Shown here in pieces: positions 8,396-17,865 of a DNA stretch of 31,766 bases. The notes under the pieces are model-generated. The model was given only the letters and a program-made list of their open reading frames with translations, was not told where the DNA came from and did not search any database. Every line of letters begins with the position of its first letter. Position 1 is the stretch's first letter. The position numbers and the translations under genes were made by a program. Where the stretch lies: contig JBBIOR010000020.1 of NCBI GenBank assembly GCA_037443265.1, positions 1 through 31,766 of the forward strand, written 5' to 3'. The stretch comes from Candidatus Fraserbacteria bacterium. GTDB taxonomy: Bacteria; Bipolaricaulota; Bipolaricaulia; RBG-16-55-9.

Positions 8396-9853
8396 CTACT
8401 CCTCACTCCCAATCGCGAGGAAATACGCGCGCACCAGCGCACGCAATTCGGGAGGAAGACTTCTAAGCTCAAGCAGAGCTTCGACCTGTGGGAGACTCAC
8501 CCGCAAGATCGGCGTGCCATCCGGCTGCTGCCCGATGAGGTCCACTGGGATGCCTTGGGTGAGCAGTCTCGCGAGCACCTGGGCGTCTTTTGGCAGCAGG
8601 GCCGAGTGAATGGGCAACTCCGTCTGGGTCGGCAAGGGCTGCTTTCCCGAGGCGGCGGTCTTGGAGCCGGGCTCCTCCCCCACGCCACTGCCGGAGCTGG
8701 GCGAAGAACTCTGGCGGAGATCATCTCCCGTGGGCTTGCCTTCGGAGGGCTCGCCAGCCGAGGCTGCCTCTGCACCCCCCTCTGATGAATTCTCACCCCC
8801 ACTCGATTCGCCCGATGCCGAGGAGTTGTTCTGCTCTCCTTCGGCCTGCCCCGAGGAAGAAGCGTTGGCTTGATCGCTCGGCTGGGCTTGGGCTTCATCT
8901 TTTCCGGAGGGCGCAGAGCCTCCCTGAGGGGGATTAGCTGCCTCCTCTGTTGAGGAGGATGAGCCGGGGCCTGAGCGATCCTCGGGTTCTGCTGATTGGG
9001 GATCGGCCCCTCCTGACAGGGCCCGCTCGAGCTGCTGGCGGGCCTCTTCGAGGGCGCGTTGCAGTTCCTCCCGGCCCGAAGGCGCAAGGAGCCTCTCCAG
9101 CTCCGAGGAGGGCACCTGTTCGGACAAGCGCGCCAGCTGAGCGTGCACCTGCTCGGGGGTTAGCTCTCCGCTCTTAAGCCCTCCCTGCAGCTCACGCAGC
9201 GCTTCAGCTAGGGCCGCGGCCGGGCTTGCGCGACCGCTCTTCTGCCCTGCGGCTTGCTCCTGCGCTTCAGATTCAGATCCGGATGTCGTCGTCTCCCTTG
9301 GGGCTGGGTTCGACGGATCCGGCCGGGCGGAAGTCATCGCCGAGCCGAAGGGAAGCCCGGCTAGAGGCAAGGGCGGTACCCCCGAGAGCCAGAGCAGAGA
9401 GGCCGCGAGCGTTGCGACCCCCAAGACGCCTAGAAGGAGCCAGGCCCTCCGTTCTGATCGGGGGACGGGTAGAGCCCGGGCAGGGTCAAGCGAGAGGTCC
9501 TGAGTCTTTCGATAGAGGGCTTCCAAAAAATCTTCAGCTCCTCCTGCCCGGCGCAGCTCATAGATGGTGGTGAGCTTCTCGCCCAGTCCGAACGCGCGAT
9601 CCACCCGATAGAGATCTTCCTGGAGGGCCACGGAGCGCCGGTAGCCGAGGCGCGCCCCATAGAGCAAGCTCACGAGATTCAACAAGACAAGGAGCGACCA
9701 GGGCACCCTCTCCGGCCATCCCAGAGAGACGGCGCCTATATAAACCAGTGTGATCGCCAGCGACACGGTTGCGCCCCATCTGAGGCCCCGAAGCGCGTTG
9801 AGCCACCGTCGGCGCCGGATCACCTCACGCTCGATGGCCAGGTAAGTGTCCAT
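8396..9853 (-). CDS. Membrane protein with coiled-coil and long Ser/Glu/Gly/Ala-rich disordered region
   Basis: Three N-terminal TMs, DRAFGLGEKLTT, low-complexity linker, C-terminal LPPELRALVRAYF; stop abuts the moxR start. Confidence 0.85.
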   Translation of the reverse strand: MDTYLAIEREVIRRRRWLNALRGLRWGATVSLAITLVYIGAVSLGWPERVPWSLLVLLNLVSLLYGARLGYRRSVALQEDLYRVDRAFGLGEKLTTIYELRRAGGAEDFLEALYRKTQDLSLDPARALPVPRSERRAWLLLGVLGVATLAASLLWLSGVPPLPLAGLPFGSAMTSARPDPSNPAPRETTTSGSESEAQEQAAGQKSGRASPAAALAEALRELQGGLKSGELTPEQVHAQLARLSEQVPSSELERLLAPSGREELQRALEEARQQLERALSGGADPQSAEPEDRSGPGSSSSTEEAANPPQGGSAPSGKDEAQAQPSDQANASSSGQAEGEQNNSSASGESSGGENSSEGGAEAASAGEPSEGKPTGDDLRQSSSPSSGSGVGEEPGSKTAASGKQPLPTQTELPIHSALLPKDAQVLARLLTQGIPVDLIGQQPDGTPILRVSLPQVEALLELRSLPPELRALVRAYFLAIGSEE

Positions 9854-10520
9854 TCGTCCTCCCTTCTTGGGGGCGGCGAGTCCAAAGGGCCAACATCAGC
9901 CCGACGCCGGCCCATAAGAGATAGAAGCTTACATACGGCCAGGGAGCCATTTCGGCCAGAAGCGCCATGAGCGGCCAGTAGGCATTCAGGAACTGAAAGC
10001 CGGGCACGAAGAAGCTTGCGGCCAAATACAGGAAGAAGCCGAGATATTTTAGGTTGAATTGAAAGATCTCCGAGCGCTGGGTGAGAGCCAGACCCCAGCC
10101 GAAGAGTCCTAACACAAAACCGACGAGGCCCAAGTGCAGAAGAATCGCGATGCTCAGCAGCGGGCTGAGCGAATGGGCCAGGGTGAAAACCAACCAGTAG
10201 GGGAAGGTGAGCACCAGCGCCAGCAGCGCACGCAAGAGAAGATGGAGCAGCTGGCCCGGCCAGGTCAGGCGACGTTCCCACTCGACCTCCGCCTGTCCCA
10301 GCGTCATGGCCACAATTCCGTAGATCATAAGAAAGAGTAGGGAGAAGACCGCAGCGCCGTTCGCTGGGGAGGCTTGGAGTTCGCCGATGCGCTGGGTGCC
10401 CGGCAGGAACACCAGCAGCAGCAGCCCTGCAAGCAACACAAAGGCCATGTACGTCGACCACGTGGACGAATCGAACCAGAATGCTCCATCGACTCGCAGC
10501 GGCCATGGGATTCGGCTCAT
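9825..10520 (-). CDS. Multi-pass membrane protein (ABC-2 permease-like topology)
   Basis: About six hydrophobic segments; ATGA overlap with the upstream gene and 29-nt overlap with the downstream gene. Confidence 0.8.
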   Translation of the reverse strand: MSRIPWPLRVDGAFWFDSSTWSTYMAFVLLAGLLLLVFLPGTQRIGELQASPANGAAVFSLLFLMIYGIVAMTLGQAEVEWERRLTWPGQLLHLLLRALLALVLTFPYWLVFTLAHSLSPLLSIAILLHLGLVGFVLGLFGWGLALTQRSEIFQFNLKYLGFFLYLAASFFVPGFQFLNAYWPLMALLAEMAPWPYVSFYLLWAGVGLMLALWTRRPQEGRTNGHLPGHRA

Positions 10521-12373
10521 CCGCGGCTCCTCGACATCCCTTCGATCACCAGTAGCTTGAGTGTCCAGCGATGCTCACTCGGCTGTCGCTCGAGGCTCTC
10601 CTGTTTAGCCCAAGCGAGCAGTGCCCATGGGGGGTCTCTCCCTTCTAGCTCCGCTTGGGCTTGGGCATAGAGCTTCTGTTTGGCCTGTCCTTCAAGGTTG
10701 GTCATGGGGGTCCGTCCCATCTCCACCGGCCAGCTGCCGGATCCTCGGTCACCCAGAAACACCTCGCGCGCTGCACCCGCAGGGAGATCGCCCAGCGCAT
10801 AATAGATCCCCCGCCGCAGCAAGACGGCTTCCTCGAGGGTCCAAGGGCTTTGATTATACACCCGGACAAGCGGGGCTCTGACACCCTGCGCCTCGTCCAT
10901 CTCAATCTGAACGGGAAGGGACACCAGTTCCTCCATATAAAGATGCTCTGGCTGATAGGCGGATAAGGGCAAGGGCCAGAAGGCCATCTGAGCGCGGGTT
11001 CTCTGCATAACGAGCGTCACGCTGGCCTCTTCCAGAGGCAAGAGGAGCGCATCGCGGCCCACAGTCCACGTCGGAGTCATTCTCCGTTTGGCGATGACGC
11101 TGTACCAACTCTGCGAGAGGGCCCACGGAGTCTGATCCGTCCCCCAGATGAGGCCCACTTCCAGAGATTGGAGCCGACTGGTGAGCTCCGGCTTCTCGAG
11201 GTAGCCCACAAGGATGCCAGAGCTGAGCAGAGCCCAGCTGAGGAGGAGCAGAAGAACCCGCCAGCCTCGGCCCTCTCCGCGGCCTGCCCCCTCTATCCAG
11301 TGGCGGAGCATCCAGAGGCTGAGAAGCCCAAACCCCCCGACATACAGGGCCAGCAACCCCCCCATCAGAGGGGCGGAAGGGTAGCGGAGCTCCCTCTGGT
11401 GGAACAGCTCAGGTCCCAGAGTCGAAGGCGGCGGGATCTCCGTGCGCTCGGGGATGAGTCTCTGCCAAGGGGTGGTCACCCGCAGGTTGATCAAATCGGC
11501 GGCACTGAAGTAGACCCAGCCGCGACCGAGCGGACCGCGCACTAACACAGGCCATCCTGCCTCACGGTAGAGCACTTCACCGCGCGGCTGGCCTACGACG
11601 GCCACGGCCCCCAGATCCGGCACAAAGCGCACGTCCTCCACCTCGAAGGGGAGGATCTCCCTAAGCCAAGGGGCCTCTTGCAGATAGAAATTCTCTCCTG
11701 CAAAGACAACAAGCTCGCCGCCGCGGATGAGCCATTTCACCAGGGCCTCCTGCTGCTCTGGAGTGAGGGCGTTCGAGTGGAACCTCCCCAGATAGATGCG
11801 GCGCACCGCTGCATAGCCTTTCCAGTTGAGAGGGAGCTGTTCGAGCTCGATCTGTTCCACCTGCTCTCCGGTGGGCAGCGCTCCCGGGAAGCCCACTTCG
11901 CTCAAGGCTAGGACGAAGGGATCACTTCGGGCGGCATCCGCCAGCGGGACGCGACGGGCGGCGATCTCTTGCCCCTGGGAGGTGAGGGAGATGATCAGCT
12001 CGGGTCCGTCTTCCTCTGGGGGCGGATGGACGGAGAGGGGAAAGTAAAAGACATAAAGTTGCTGGGCGCGTGGACCGAGTTGGATTGTGCGCCTCATCTC
12101 CACCGAGCGAGCTGGCCCACTGGGGCTCTGAAACACCTGGCGCAGGATGAGTTCTCCCGTGAGGGGTTGGCCTCCATAGGTGATTTGCACGCGGATGGGC
12201 GTGTACTGCTCTGGCAGGAACTGATCGTTGAATCCGAGTCGGACGTCCAGAGCGGGTTGGGCGTAAGCCAGGGGAGCGCCAAACCCCAAGATGATCAGGG
12301 TTGCGGCGAGGAAAGTGGCGGGAGGTTGACGGCTCCGCTCTTTCCTCTGCTCTCTCGGGCGAGTCGCGCTCAT
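10517..12373 (-). CDS. Secreted/membrane protein leading the MoxR-vWA operon
   Basis: Signal peptide ending LAYA-Q; YTPIRVQI and ALVKWLIRGGELVV (GATase-like fragment); two central TMs. Confidence 0.85.
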   Translation of the reverse strand: MSATRPREQRKERSRQPPATFLAATLIILGFGAPLAYAQPALDVRLGFNDQFLPEQYTPIRVQITYGGQPLTGELILRQVFQSPSGPARSVEMRRTIQLGPRAQQLYVFYFPLSVHPPPEEDGPELIISLTSQGQEIAARRVPLADAARSDPFVLALSEVGFPGALPTGEQVEQIELEQLPLNWKGYAAVRRIYLGRFHSNALTPEQQEALVKWLIRGGELVVFAGENFYLQEAPWLREILPFEVEDVRFVPDLGAVAVVGQPRGEVLYREAGWPVLVRGPLGRGWVYFSAADLINLRVTTPWQRLIPERTEIPPPSTLGPELFHQRELRYPSAPLMGGLLALYVGGFGLLSLWMLRHWIEGAGRGEGRGWRVLLLLLSWALLSSGILVGYLEKPELTSRLQSLEVGLIWGTDQTPWALSQSWYSVIAKRRMTPTWTVGRDALLLPLEEASVTLVMQRTRAQMAFWPLPLSAYQPEHLYMEELVSLPVQIEMDEAQGVRAPLVRVYNQSPWTLEEAVLLRRGIYYALGDLPAGAAREVFLGDRGSGSWPVEMGRTPMTNLEGQAKQKLYAQAQAELEGRDPPWALLAWAKQESLERQPSEHRWTLKLLVIEGMSRSRG

Positions 12374-12407
12374 CGGGCATCCTCGGCTGATGCTGGGCTA
12401 TCAGCTT

Positions 12408-12435
12408 ATTATGCCTATTATAAGAGGCCTGTCAA
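12408..12435 (-). promoter_or_regulatory. Putative sigma70 promoter of the MoxR-vWA operon
   Basis: Minus strand TTGACA-16 bp-CATAAT (a TATAAT also lies within the spacer) in an AT-rich gap 35 bp upstream of the ATG at 12373. Confidence 0.5.
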
Positions 12436-12442
12436 GGGCCGC

Positions 12443-13288
12443 TTAGCCCTTGACCGCCCCGCCGGTGAAGCCCGCGATGAAACGGTCGAGGAAGAGATTG
12501 TAGAGGATCGCCACAGGGATGCTGGAGAGGAGCACGGCGGCCATAAGTGGCCCCCAGCGATAGACGTCATGGACCAACGCGATCGGAACTCCCAAGCTGA
12601 TCGTCATCTTCCCCACAGCATTAATGAACGTCAAAGCGTAGACGAACTCTTGCATGACGAGGGTGAACGAGAAGATGACGACCGTAAGCAGCCCGGGCAG
12701 GGAGAGCGGCAGCACGGTCTTGAGAATAGCTCCCAGGCGGCTATAGCCGTCGATGAGGGCCTGCTCTTCAATGTCCTTGGGTATGGATTTGAAAAAGCCC
12801 ATGAGCAGCCACGTGCAGAAGGGGATGGTGAAGGTGGGATAGATGAGGACCAAAGACCACAACGTATCGGAGAGCCCTAAGAGGGAGACCAGGCGGGCCA
12901 GGGGGATGAACAGCAGCGTAGGCGGCACCAGATAGGTCAAGAAGATTCCGATCCCTAGCTTCTCCCCCCATTGTCCCGTAAGCCGCGCGAGGCTGTAGCC
13001 CGCCGGGACCGTAACAAGCAGGGTGATGGCAACGACGAGCAGGCCCACAAGGATCGTATTGCGCAGGAACGTAGCGTAAGGCGTCTCAAAGATGAGCTGT
13101 TTTAGATGATTGAGGGTGGGGGGCAGGTTAAAAAGATAGGGGTTATGTTTTGGATCGGTGGCCACGTGAAAGAGATCTTCGTCTTGCTTGAAGGTGGTGA
13201 TCGTCATCCAGTAGAAGGGGAAGACGGCGAAGGCCACAAATAGAAAGATCAGTGCGTAAAGGGGTAGCCAGCTGCGCAGCCATCGCAT
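12443..13288 (-). CDS. Carbohydrate ABC transporter permease (MalG-like)
   Basis: PFYWM, EAA-loop variant SIPKDIEEQALIDGYS, C-terminal GFTGGAVKG. Confidence 0.95.
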   Translation of the reverse strand: MRWLRSWLPLYALIFLFVAFAVFPFYWMTITTFKQDEDLFHVATDPKHNPYLFNLPPTLNHLKQLIFETPYATFLRNTILVGLLVVAITLLVTVPAGYSLARLTGQWGEKLGIGIFLTYLVPPTLLFIPLARLVSLLGLSDTLWSLVLIYPTFTIPFCTWLLMGFFKSIPKDIEEQALIDGYSRLGAILKTVLPLSLPGLLTVVIFSFTLVMQEFVYALTFINAVGKMTISLGVPIALVHDVYRWGPLMAAVLLSSIPVAILYNLFLDRFIAGFTGGAVKG

Positions 13289-13289
13289 C

Positions 13290-14228
13290 TTAGGTCACCT
13301 CGGTCCGACGGGCGAGCCGGAGCATAAAGAACGCGACGATCAAAAGCAGGGGGAAGAGGAAGATGGCAATCGCTGCCCCTTGGCCCAGCTGCCCGCCGAA
13401 GATGCCCCGCTGCCAAGCCAAGCTAGCCAGCACGTGGGTACTGTTGTAAGGGCCGCCTCGGGTGAGGATGTACACCACAGTCATGTCCGTGGCGGTGAAG
13501 ATGATCCCGAACAGCACCGCCACGGCCACGATGGGCAGCATAAGAGGCAGGATGATCTCAAAGAATCTTCTCCAGAAGCCCGCGCCGTCGACGACGGCAG
13601 CATCCTGAATCTCTTGAGGGATGGAGGTCAGGCCCGCCAGGAGGATGATGGTGGCAAAGGGGAGCATTCGCCAGACGTGGATGAGGATGATGGCTGCCAT
13701 CGCCGGGGTGGTGTAGCTCGTCCACCAGATCCAATCTTGAGGTCCCAAGATCCCTACAGCCCGCAGCGTCCAGTTGACGGTACTCAGAGTCGCGTTGCTG
13801 GCCCCGAGCACCCAGTCCCAAGAGAGCGTGGTGAGGCTGATGGGGGCCACCCACGGCAGCAGGATCAAGAAGCGCACGATGGGCCTGCCGGGGAAGCTCT
13901 TAAGCAGGGCCAGCGCCAAGATCTTCGCCAGGATCAAGACGATGAGCATAGAAATCGAAGTGAAGATGAACGTGTTCTTTAGGGCTTGGAAGAAGAGGGG
14001 ATCGGCGAGGATCGTCTGAAAGTTCTTGAGACCCACAAACTGGGCGCTCAGCTGGCCGCTGATGGCGTTGGTGAAGCTGAGATAGATGGCCAGAAGCAGG
14101 GGCAGGCCGATTAACAGCACGATATAGCCGATGGCGGGGCTGATCAGCAGCGGCCCGAGCAGGCGCTCGCGATCGAGAAGATAGCGATAACGGGCCCGTG
14201 GGATTTCACGCGCGGCTTCCACCATCAA
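13290..14228 (-). CDS. Carbohydrate ABC transporter permease (MalF-like)
   Basis: FVGLKNF, LAGLTSIPQEIQDAAVVDGAG, TRGGP. Confidence 0.95.
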   Translation of the reverse strand: MMVEAAREIPRARYRYLLDRERLLGPLLISPAIGYIVLLIGLPLLLAIYLSFTNAISGQLSAQFVGLKNFQTILADPLFFQALKNTFIFTSISMLIVLILAKILALALLKSFPGRPIVRFLILLPWVAPISLTTLSWDWVLGASNATLSTVNWTLRAVGILGPQDWIWWTSYTTPAMAAIILIHVWRMLPFATIILLAGLTSIPQEIQDAAVVDGAGFWRRFFEIILPLMLPIVAVAVLFGIIFTATDMTVVYILTRGGPYNSTHVLASLAWQRGIFGGQLGQGAAIAIFLFPLLLIVAFFMLRLARRTEVT

Positions 14229-15250
14229 AACTCCGGTTCGGTGCGCCAGCCACTCTCTCTGGAGAAGAACTTAAGATCGCCGCATCTTACGGCAAACTCG
14301 TAGCTTCTCCCCTCCTGGATCGGAATCGAGACCGTCAGCGGGAGCTTGGCGATCACAGGGCTATCGTCTTTGCCGGCCAGCTGTCCGTAGAGGAGACGAT
14401 CTGACCCCAGATGTTCGACCCGGCGCACGTGGAAAGAAAAACTCACCAGATCCTCGTGGGCGTTGTAGATCTCTTTGGGGAGGAAGCTTTCGGGGCGGAA
14501 GCCGATGAGCCGTTCAGCGCGCGCGATGAGGTTCATCGGAGGCGTCCCCACGAAGGTGGCCACAAAGGTATCCGCCGGTTCGTGGTAGACTTCATAGGGT
14601 GTGCCGATCTGCCTCACCTTTCCCTCGTTCATGATGGCAATGCGGTCGCCCAACCCCATGGCTTCAATTTGATCGTGGGTCACATAGATCGTCGTTGTGC
14701 CGATGTTACGTTGGAAACGTTTGAGCTCATCACGGGCGGCATGTCGGAGCTTGGCATCAAGGTTGGAGAGGGGCTCATCGAGCAGAAACACACTGGGTTC
14801 GCGCACGATGGCCCGGGCCAAGGCCACCCGTTGGCGTTCACCGCCGGAGAGCTCGCGGGGCCTCCTATCGAGCAGATGTGCGATCCCCAATAGCTTCGCT
14901 GCCCATTCGACTCTCTCCCTGATCTCCTCCCACCGGAGGCCCTGAGCCTTGAGCGGAAAGGCGATGTTGGCAAAGGCCGTCTTGTGGGGATAGAGCGCGT
15001 AGCTCTGGAAGACCATGGCGATCTTCCGGGCCCGCGGGGGTAGATCATTGACGACGTGCCTGTCTATGAAGATCTGGCCGGCGGTGGGCTGCTCTAAGCC
15101 GGCGATCATGCGCATGAGCGTCGTCTTGCCCGAGCCGGAGGGGCCGAGCAGCACGAGGAACTCTCCATCCTGAACGGTGAGATCTACACCATCGACCGCT
15201 CGAACTTTGCCAAAGTATTTTTTAAGATCTCGGACCTCTACGATGGCCAT
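14225..15250 (-). CDS. Carbohydrate ABC transporter ATP-binding protein (MalK/UgpC family)
   Basis: GPSGSGKT, LSGGERQRVA, LLDEPLSNLDAKLR, YVTHDQ. Confidence 0.96.
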   Translation of the reverse strand: MAIVEVRDLKKYFGKVRAVDGVDLTVQDGEFLVLLGPSGSGKTTLMRMIAGLEQPTAGQIFIDRHVVNDLPPRARKIAMVFQSYALYPHKTAFANIAFPLKAQGLRWEEIRERVEWAAKLLGIAHLLDRRPRELSGGERQRVALARAIVREPSVFLLDEPLSNLDAKLRHAARDELKRFQRNIGTTTIYVTHDQIEAMGLGDRIAIMNEGKVRQIGTPYEVYHEPADTFVATFVGTPPMNLIARAERLIGFRPESFLPKEIYNAHEDLVSFSFHVRRVEHLGSDRLLYGQLAGKDDSPVIAKLPLTVSIPIQEGRSYEFAVRCGDLKFFSRESGWRTEPEF

Positions 15251-15320
15251 CCGTAACTCCTCAATTAATGACCAGATGAATCCTAAAGCATGCGAACGTC
15301 GGCGGTCAAGTGCCGAGGCG

Positions 15321-15361
15321 AGGGGGAGGTGCTTGGCCTTCTCTTGGGCAGACCTCCCCCT
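15321..15361 (-). terminator. GC-rich stem-loop after the solute-binding protein gene (mRNA stabiliser or partial terminator)
   Basis: AGGGGGAGGT (15321-15330) is the exact reverse complement of ACCTCCCCCT (15352-15361); no strong U tract follows. Confidence 0.55.
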
Positions 15362-15374
15362 CCCGCTGGCTAAA

Positions 15375-16862
15375 TTATAGATCCTTAGCTGGGTCTCCGC
15401 CCACCAGGCCTCTCTGCCGCCAATCGTTGAAGATCGCCTTGACGCGGGTATTCGCTTCGGCCAGTGCCTTCTCGGGCGTCAGCTGCCCCGTGGCCGCCTT
15501 GGCGAACATGTCGGGGAGCACAAATTCATCGAAGATCTGGCTGATGGCTGGGTTGGCCGGGCCTGGGTGGCCGACATTCGTGCTCCAGCCCGGCTTCACG
15601 GTTCCATCCGCAAGTGGCTCCTCCACCCCGCCAAACAACGGGAACAGCTTATTGGGGGGATTGGAGCCGAACGGATCGTTCTCAAACTGTTGCTTCAGCC
15701 ACTCCCAGCCGGCCCGCGGCTTCTGCTCGAGCGGCACATTGGGATCGGCCAGCGTCCCGAGGAACGAGGAGGTGTTGTAGAGCTTGCTGTTCAGCACATC
15801 ATCCCGCTGGTTGTTCATGAGGTGTACGAGGAACTCCTTGGCCAGATCCTGCTGCTGGGAGAACTTCCAGATCACATAGATGTGCATGACGTGCTCGCTA
15901 GCCCAGGCATCTCCCCGGGGACGGGGGCCGAAGAGCGCCGGTGTGAAGAAGGTGTTGTCGGCCAAGGAACCTGGAGCTCCTCCAGGGAGTGCCAGCTGCC
16001 TGTCTTGAGCGGTGCGGTAGGCAGAGATGGAATTGAGGATGAGCGAGGTGGACCGCGAGTTGAAGGCCTGATTATTAGAGGCCGCGTTCCAGCTGAGAAT
16101 TTCGGGGCTCATCCGCTTGAAGAGCTCGACGCCGAAGCGCAGGGCTGAGAGCGCCTCAGGAGAGTTGAGCACGACCTGCTCATTCTCGTCCTGGATGGAG
16201 GCATTGAAGGACCAGAGGATCTGCCGCGTGGCCATGTTGCTGTCGATGTCTTGGCTGTAGCCGATGCCAATGGGGGTCGGGATCTCCGGGAACCGCTGGC
16301 GGATGAGGTCTCCGGCCACCAGTAGATCCTCAAGGGTGCTGGGTCCGTTGGGGAAGCCGATCGCTTCCCAGACGTCCTTGTGGTAGTCGTAGGGGTCGAT
16401 GGTGAACATGTTCGAGAAGCCGAACCACTTCTCATTGGCCGGGTTGAAGGTGCTCTTCTTGGCCAGAGCCGTGATGGGGCCATGACGAGCCTCCACTGCG
16501 TTGATAATGTCTCTATGGTCGATGACGTCGTTGATGAATTGAGAAGGTGGTGCAAGGAAACCGAAGAGGTCCGGCCCGCTCTGCGCGGCCACGATGGCCT
16601 TGGCCCGAGGAATAATGTCGGCAAAGGAGATATGCTCCACCTCAACGTTGACCGGTGGATTACGGTTTTGCCCCCATTGTTGGGCAAAGGGGTCAAACCA
16701 CACATCGTAGGCGGGCACGAAGTGGCTCCATTGAGTGATCCTCAGGGTGGGAGGCTGGCCGCTCACTCGGAAGGGCTCAAACTGGGCAAGCCCGATGGCT
16801 ACCGCTCCTACTCCGACGGCCTTGAGGAGCTGGCGCCTGGAAATCTGCTGCTTATCCCACAT
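15375..16862 (-). CDS. Extracellular solute-binding protein (family 1), Tat-exported
   Basis: Twin-arginine SRRQLLK, QWSHFVPAYD, first gene of a CUT1 ABC operon, SD AAAGGAGGG. Confidence 0.92.
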   Translation of the reverse strand: MWDKQQISRRQLLKAVGVGAVAIGLAQFEPFRVSGQPPTLRITQWSHFVPAYDVWFDPFAQQWGQNRNPPVNVEVEHISFADIIPRAKAIVAAQSGPDLFGFLAPPSQFINDVIDHRDIINAVEARHGPITALAKKSTFNPANEKWFGFSNMFTIDPYDYHKDVWEAIGFPNGPSTLEDLLVAGDLIRQRFPEIPTPIGIGYSQDIDSNMATRQILWSFNASIQDENEQVVLNSPEALSALRFGVELFKRMSPEILSWNAASNNQAFNSRSTSLILNSISAYRTAQDRQLALPGGAPGSLADNTFFTPALFGPRPRGDAWASEHVMHIYVIWKFSQQQDLAKEFLVHLMNNQRDDVLNSKLYNTSSFLGTLADPNVPLEQKPRAGWEWLKQQFENDPFGSNPPNKLFPLFGGVEEPLADGTVKPGWSTNVGHPGPANPAISQIFDEFVLPDMFAKAATGQLTPEKALAEANTRVKAIFNDWRQRGLVGGDPAKDL

Positions 16863-16971
16863 ACTACTCCCTCCTTTGGTATGAGAAAGATTCTGCGCGC
16901 AGAGATTTTTAGGGTTTCCCGGTGGTGCATCCCCTCCTTTCGAAGTTTCACCCTACTTTGGTTTTAATTTT

Positions 16972-17001
16972 AATATAGCATAGAGCCGTCCAAGGAGTCA
17001 A
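16972..17001 (-). promoter_or_regulatory. Putative sigma70 promoter of the sugar ABC operon
   Basis: Minus strand TTGACT-18 bp-TATATT with extended -10 TG. Confidence 0.55.
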
Positions 17002-17013
17002 GGGGCTTCTTCC

Positions 17014-17043
17014 TTGCTTGAGGCGGGCTCATGTTGCTATAAA
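17014..17043 (+). promoter_or_regulatory. Putative sigma70 promoter of the SDR-rtcA pair
   Basis: TTGCTT-18 bp-TATAAA with extended -10 TG, back to back with the ABC promoter. Confidence 0.45.
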
Positions 17044-17057
17044 AGCTTCCTCGGGAG

Positions 17058-17858
17058 GTGAAGGCATTGGATCTGGGACTGAAGGGCCGAGTGGCTCTGG
17101 TGGCCGCAGCCAGTCAGGGATTGGGCAGGGCCATTGCCACGCGCCTCGCTCAAGAGGGAATGAAGCTGGCCATCTGCGCCCGTCATGAAGAACCTCTCAA
17201 AAAGAGCGCGGAAGAGATCCAGAGAGCCACCCGAGCCGAGGTCTTGGCTGTGCCTGCCGATGTCACCCGCTCTGCTGACATCCAAAGGCTCGTGCAGAAG
17301 ACCGTGGAGCGATTCGACTCGCTGGACGTGCTCGTCACGAACGCGGGTGGCCCCCCGCCCGGAAAATTCCTCGATCTGAAGGATTCGGCCTGGGAGCAGG
17401 CCTTCCAACTCACTCTGATGAGCGCGGTGAGATTATGCCGCGAGGCTATCCCGCACATGCAAAAGCAGGGCTGGGGGCGGATCATTCACGTTACGTCCGT
17501 CTCCGTCAAGCAGCCGTTGGAGAATCTCCTGCTGTCGAACTCGCTGCGCTTGGCCGTGATCGGCCTCTCGAAGACCCTGGCCCAGGAGCTGGCACCCTTT
17601 GGGATTACGGTGAACGCCGTCTGCCCCGGCCCCATGGCCACTCAGCGCCTAGAGCAACTGATCGCAACCCAGGCCCAGCATCAGGGCATCTCTCTGGAAG
17701 AGGCTAAGAGGAGCTGGACAAAAGAGATCCCGCTGGGGCGTCTGGGCCAGCCGGAGGAGCTGGCGGATCTCGTCGCATTTCTCGCTTCAGAGAACGCGCG
17801 CTTCATCACGGGCACAGCCATCCAAGTCGACGGGGGCATGGTCAAAGGGATCTTCTAG
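17058..17858 (+). CDS. SDR family oxidoreductase (atypical FabG-like subgroup)
   Basis: VAAASQGLG, VPADV, TNAGGP, VNAVCPG, ITGTAIQVDGG; the YxxxK motif is replaced by SNSLR. Confidence 0.92.
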   Translation: MKALDLGLKGRVALVAAASQGLGRAIATRLAQEGMKLAICARHEEPLKKSAEEIQRATRAEVLAVPADVTRSADIQRLVQKTVERFDSLDVLVTNAGGPPPGKFLDLKDSAWEQAFQLTLMSAVRLCREAIPHMQKQGWGRIIHVTSVSVKQPLENLLLSNSLRLAVIGLSKTLAQELAPFGITVNAVCPGPMATQRLEQLIATQAQHQGISLEEAKRSWTKEIPLGRLGQPEELADLVAFLASENARFITGTAIQVDGGMVKGIF

Positions 17859-17865
17859 TCATTTT

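Noticed and set aside
9820..10506. Alternative-frame 228 aa ORF
   Set aside because: The 9825-10520 frame has coherent TM segments and ATGA coupling; this frame has neither.
14225..15250. Short MalK C-terminal region as a truncation
   Set aside because: The frame is intact, keeps PPMN, GFRPE and VEHLG motifs and couples to the next gene; probably a compact variant.
17058..17858. Missing YxxxK as evidence of a pseudogene or new enzyme class
   Set aside because: The SNxxR replacement with NAGGP is typical of a known atypical FabG-like SDR subgroup.
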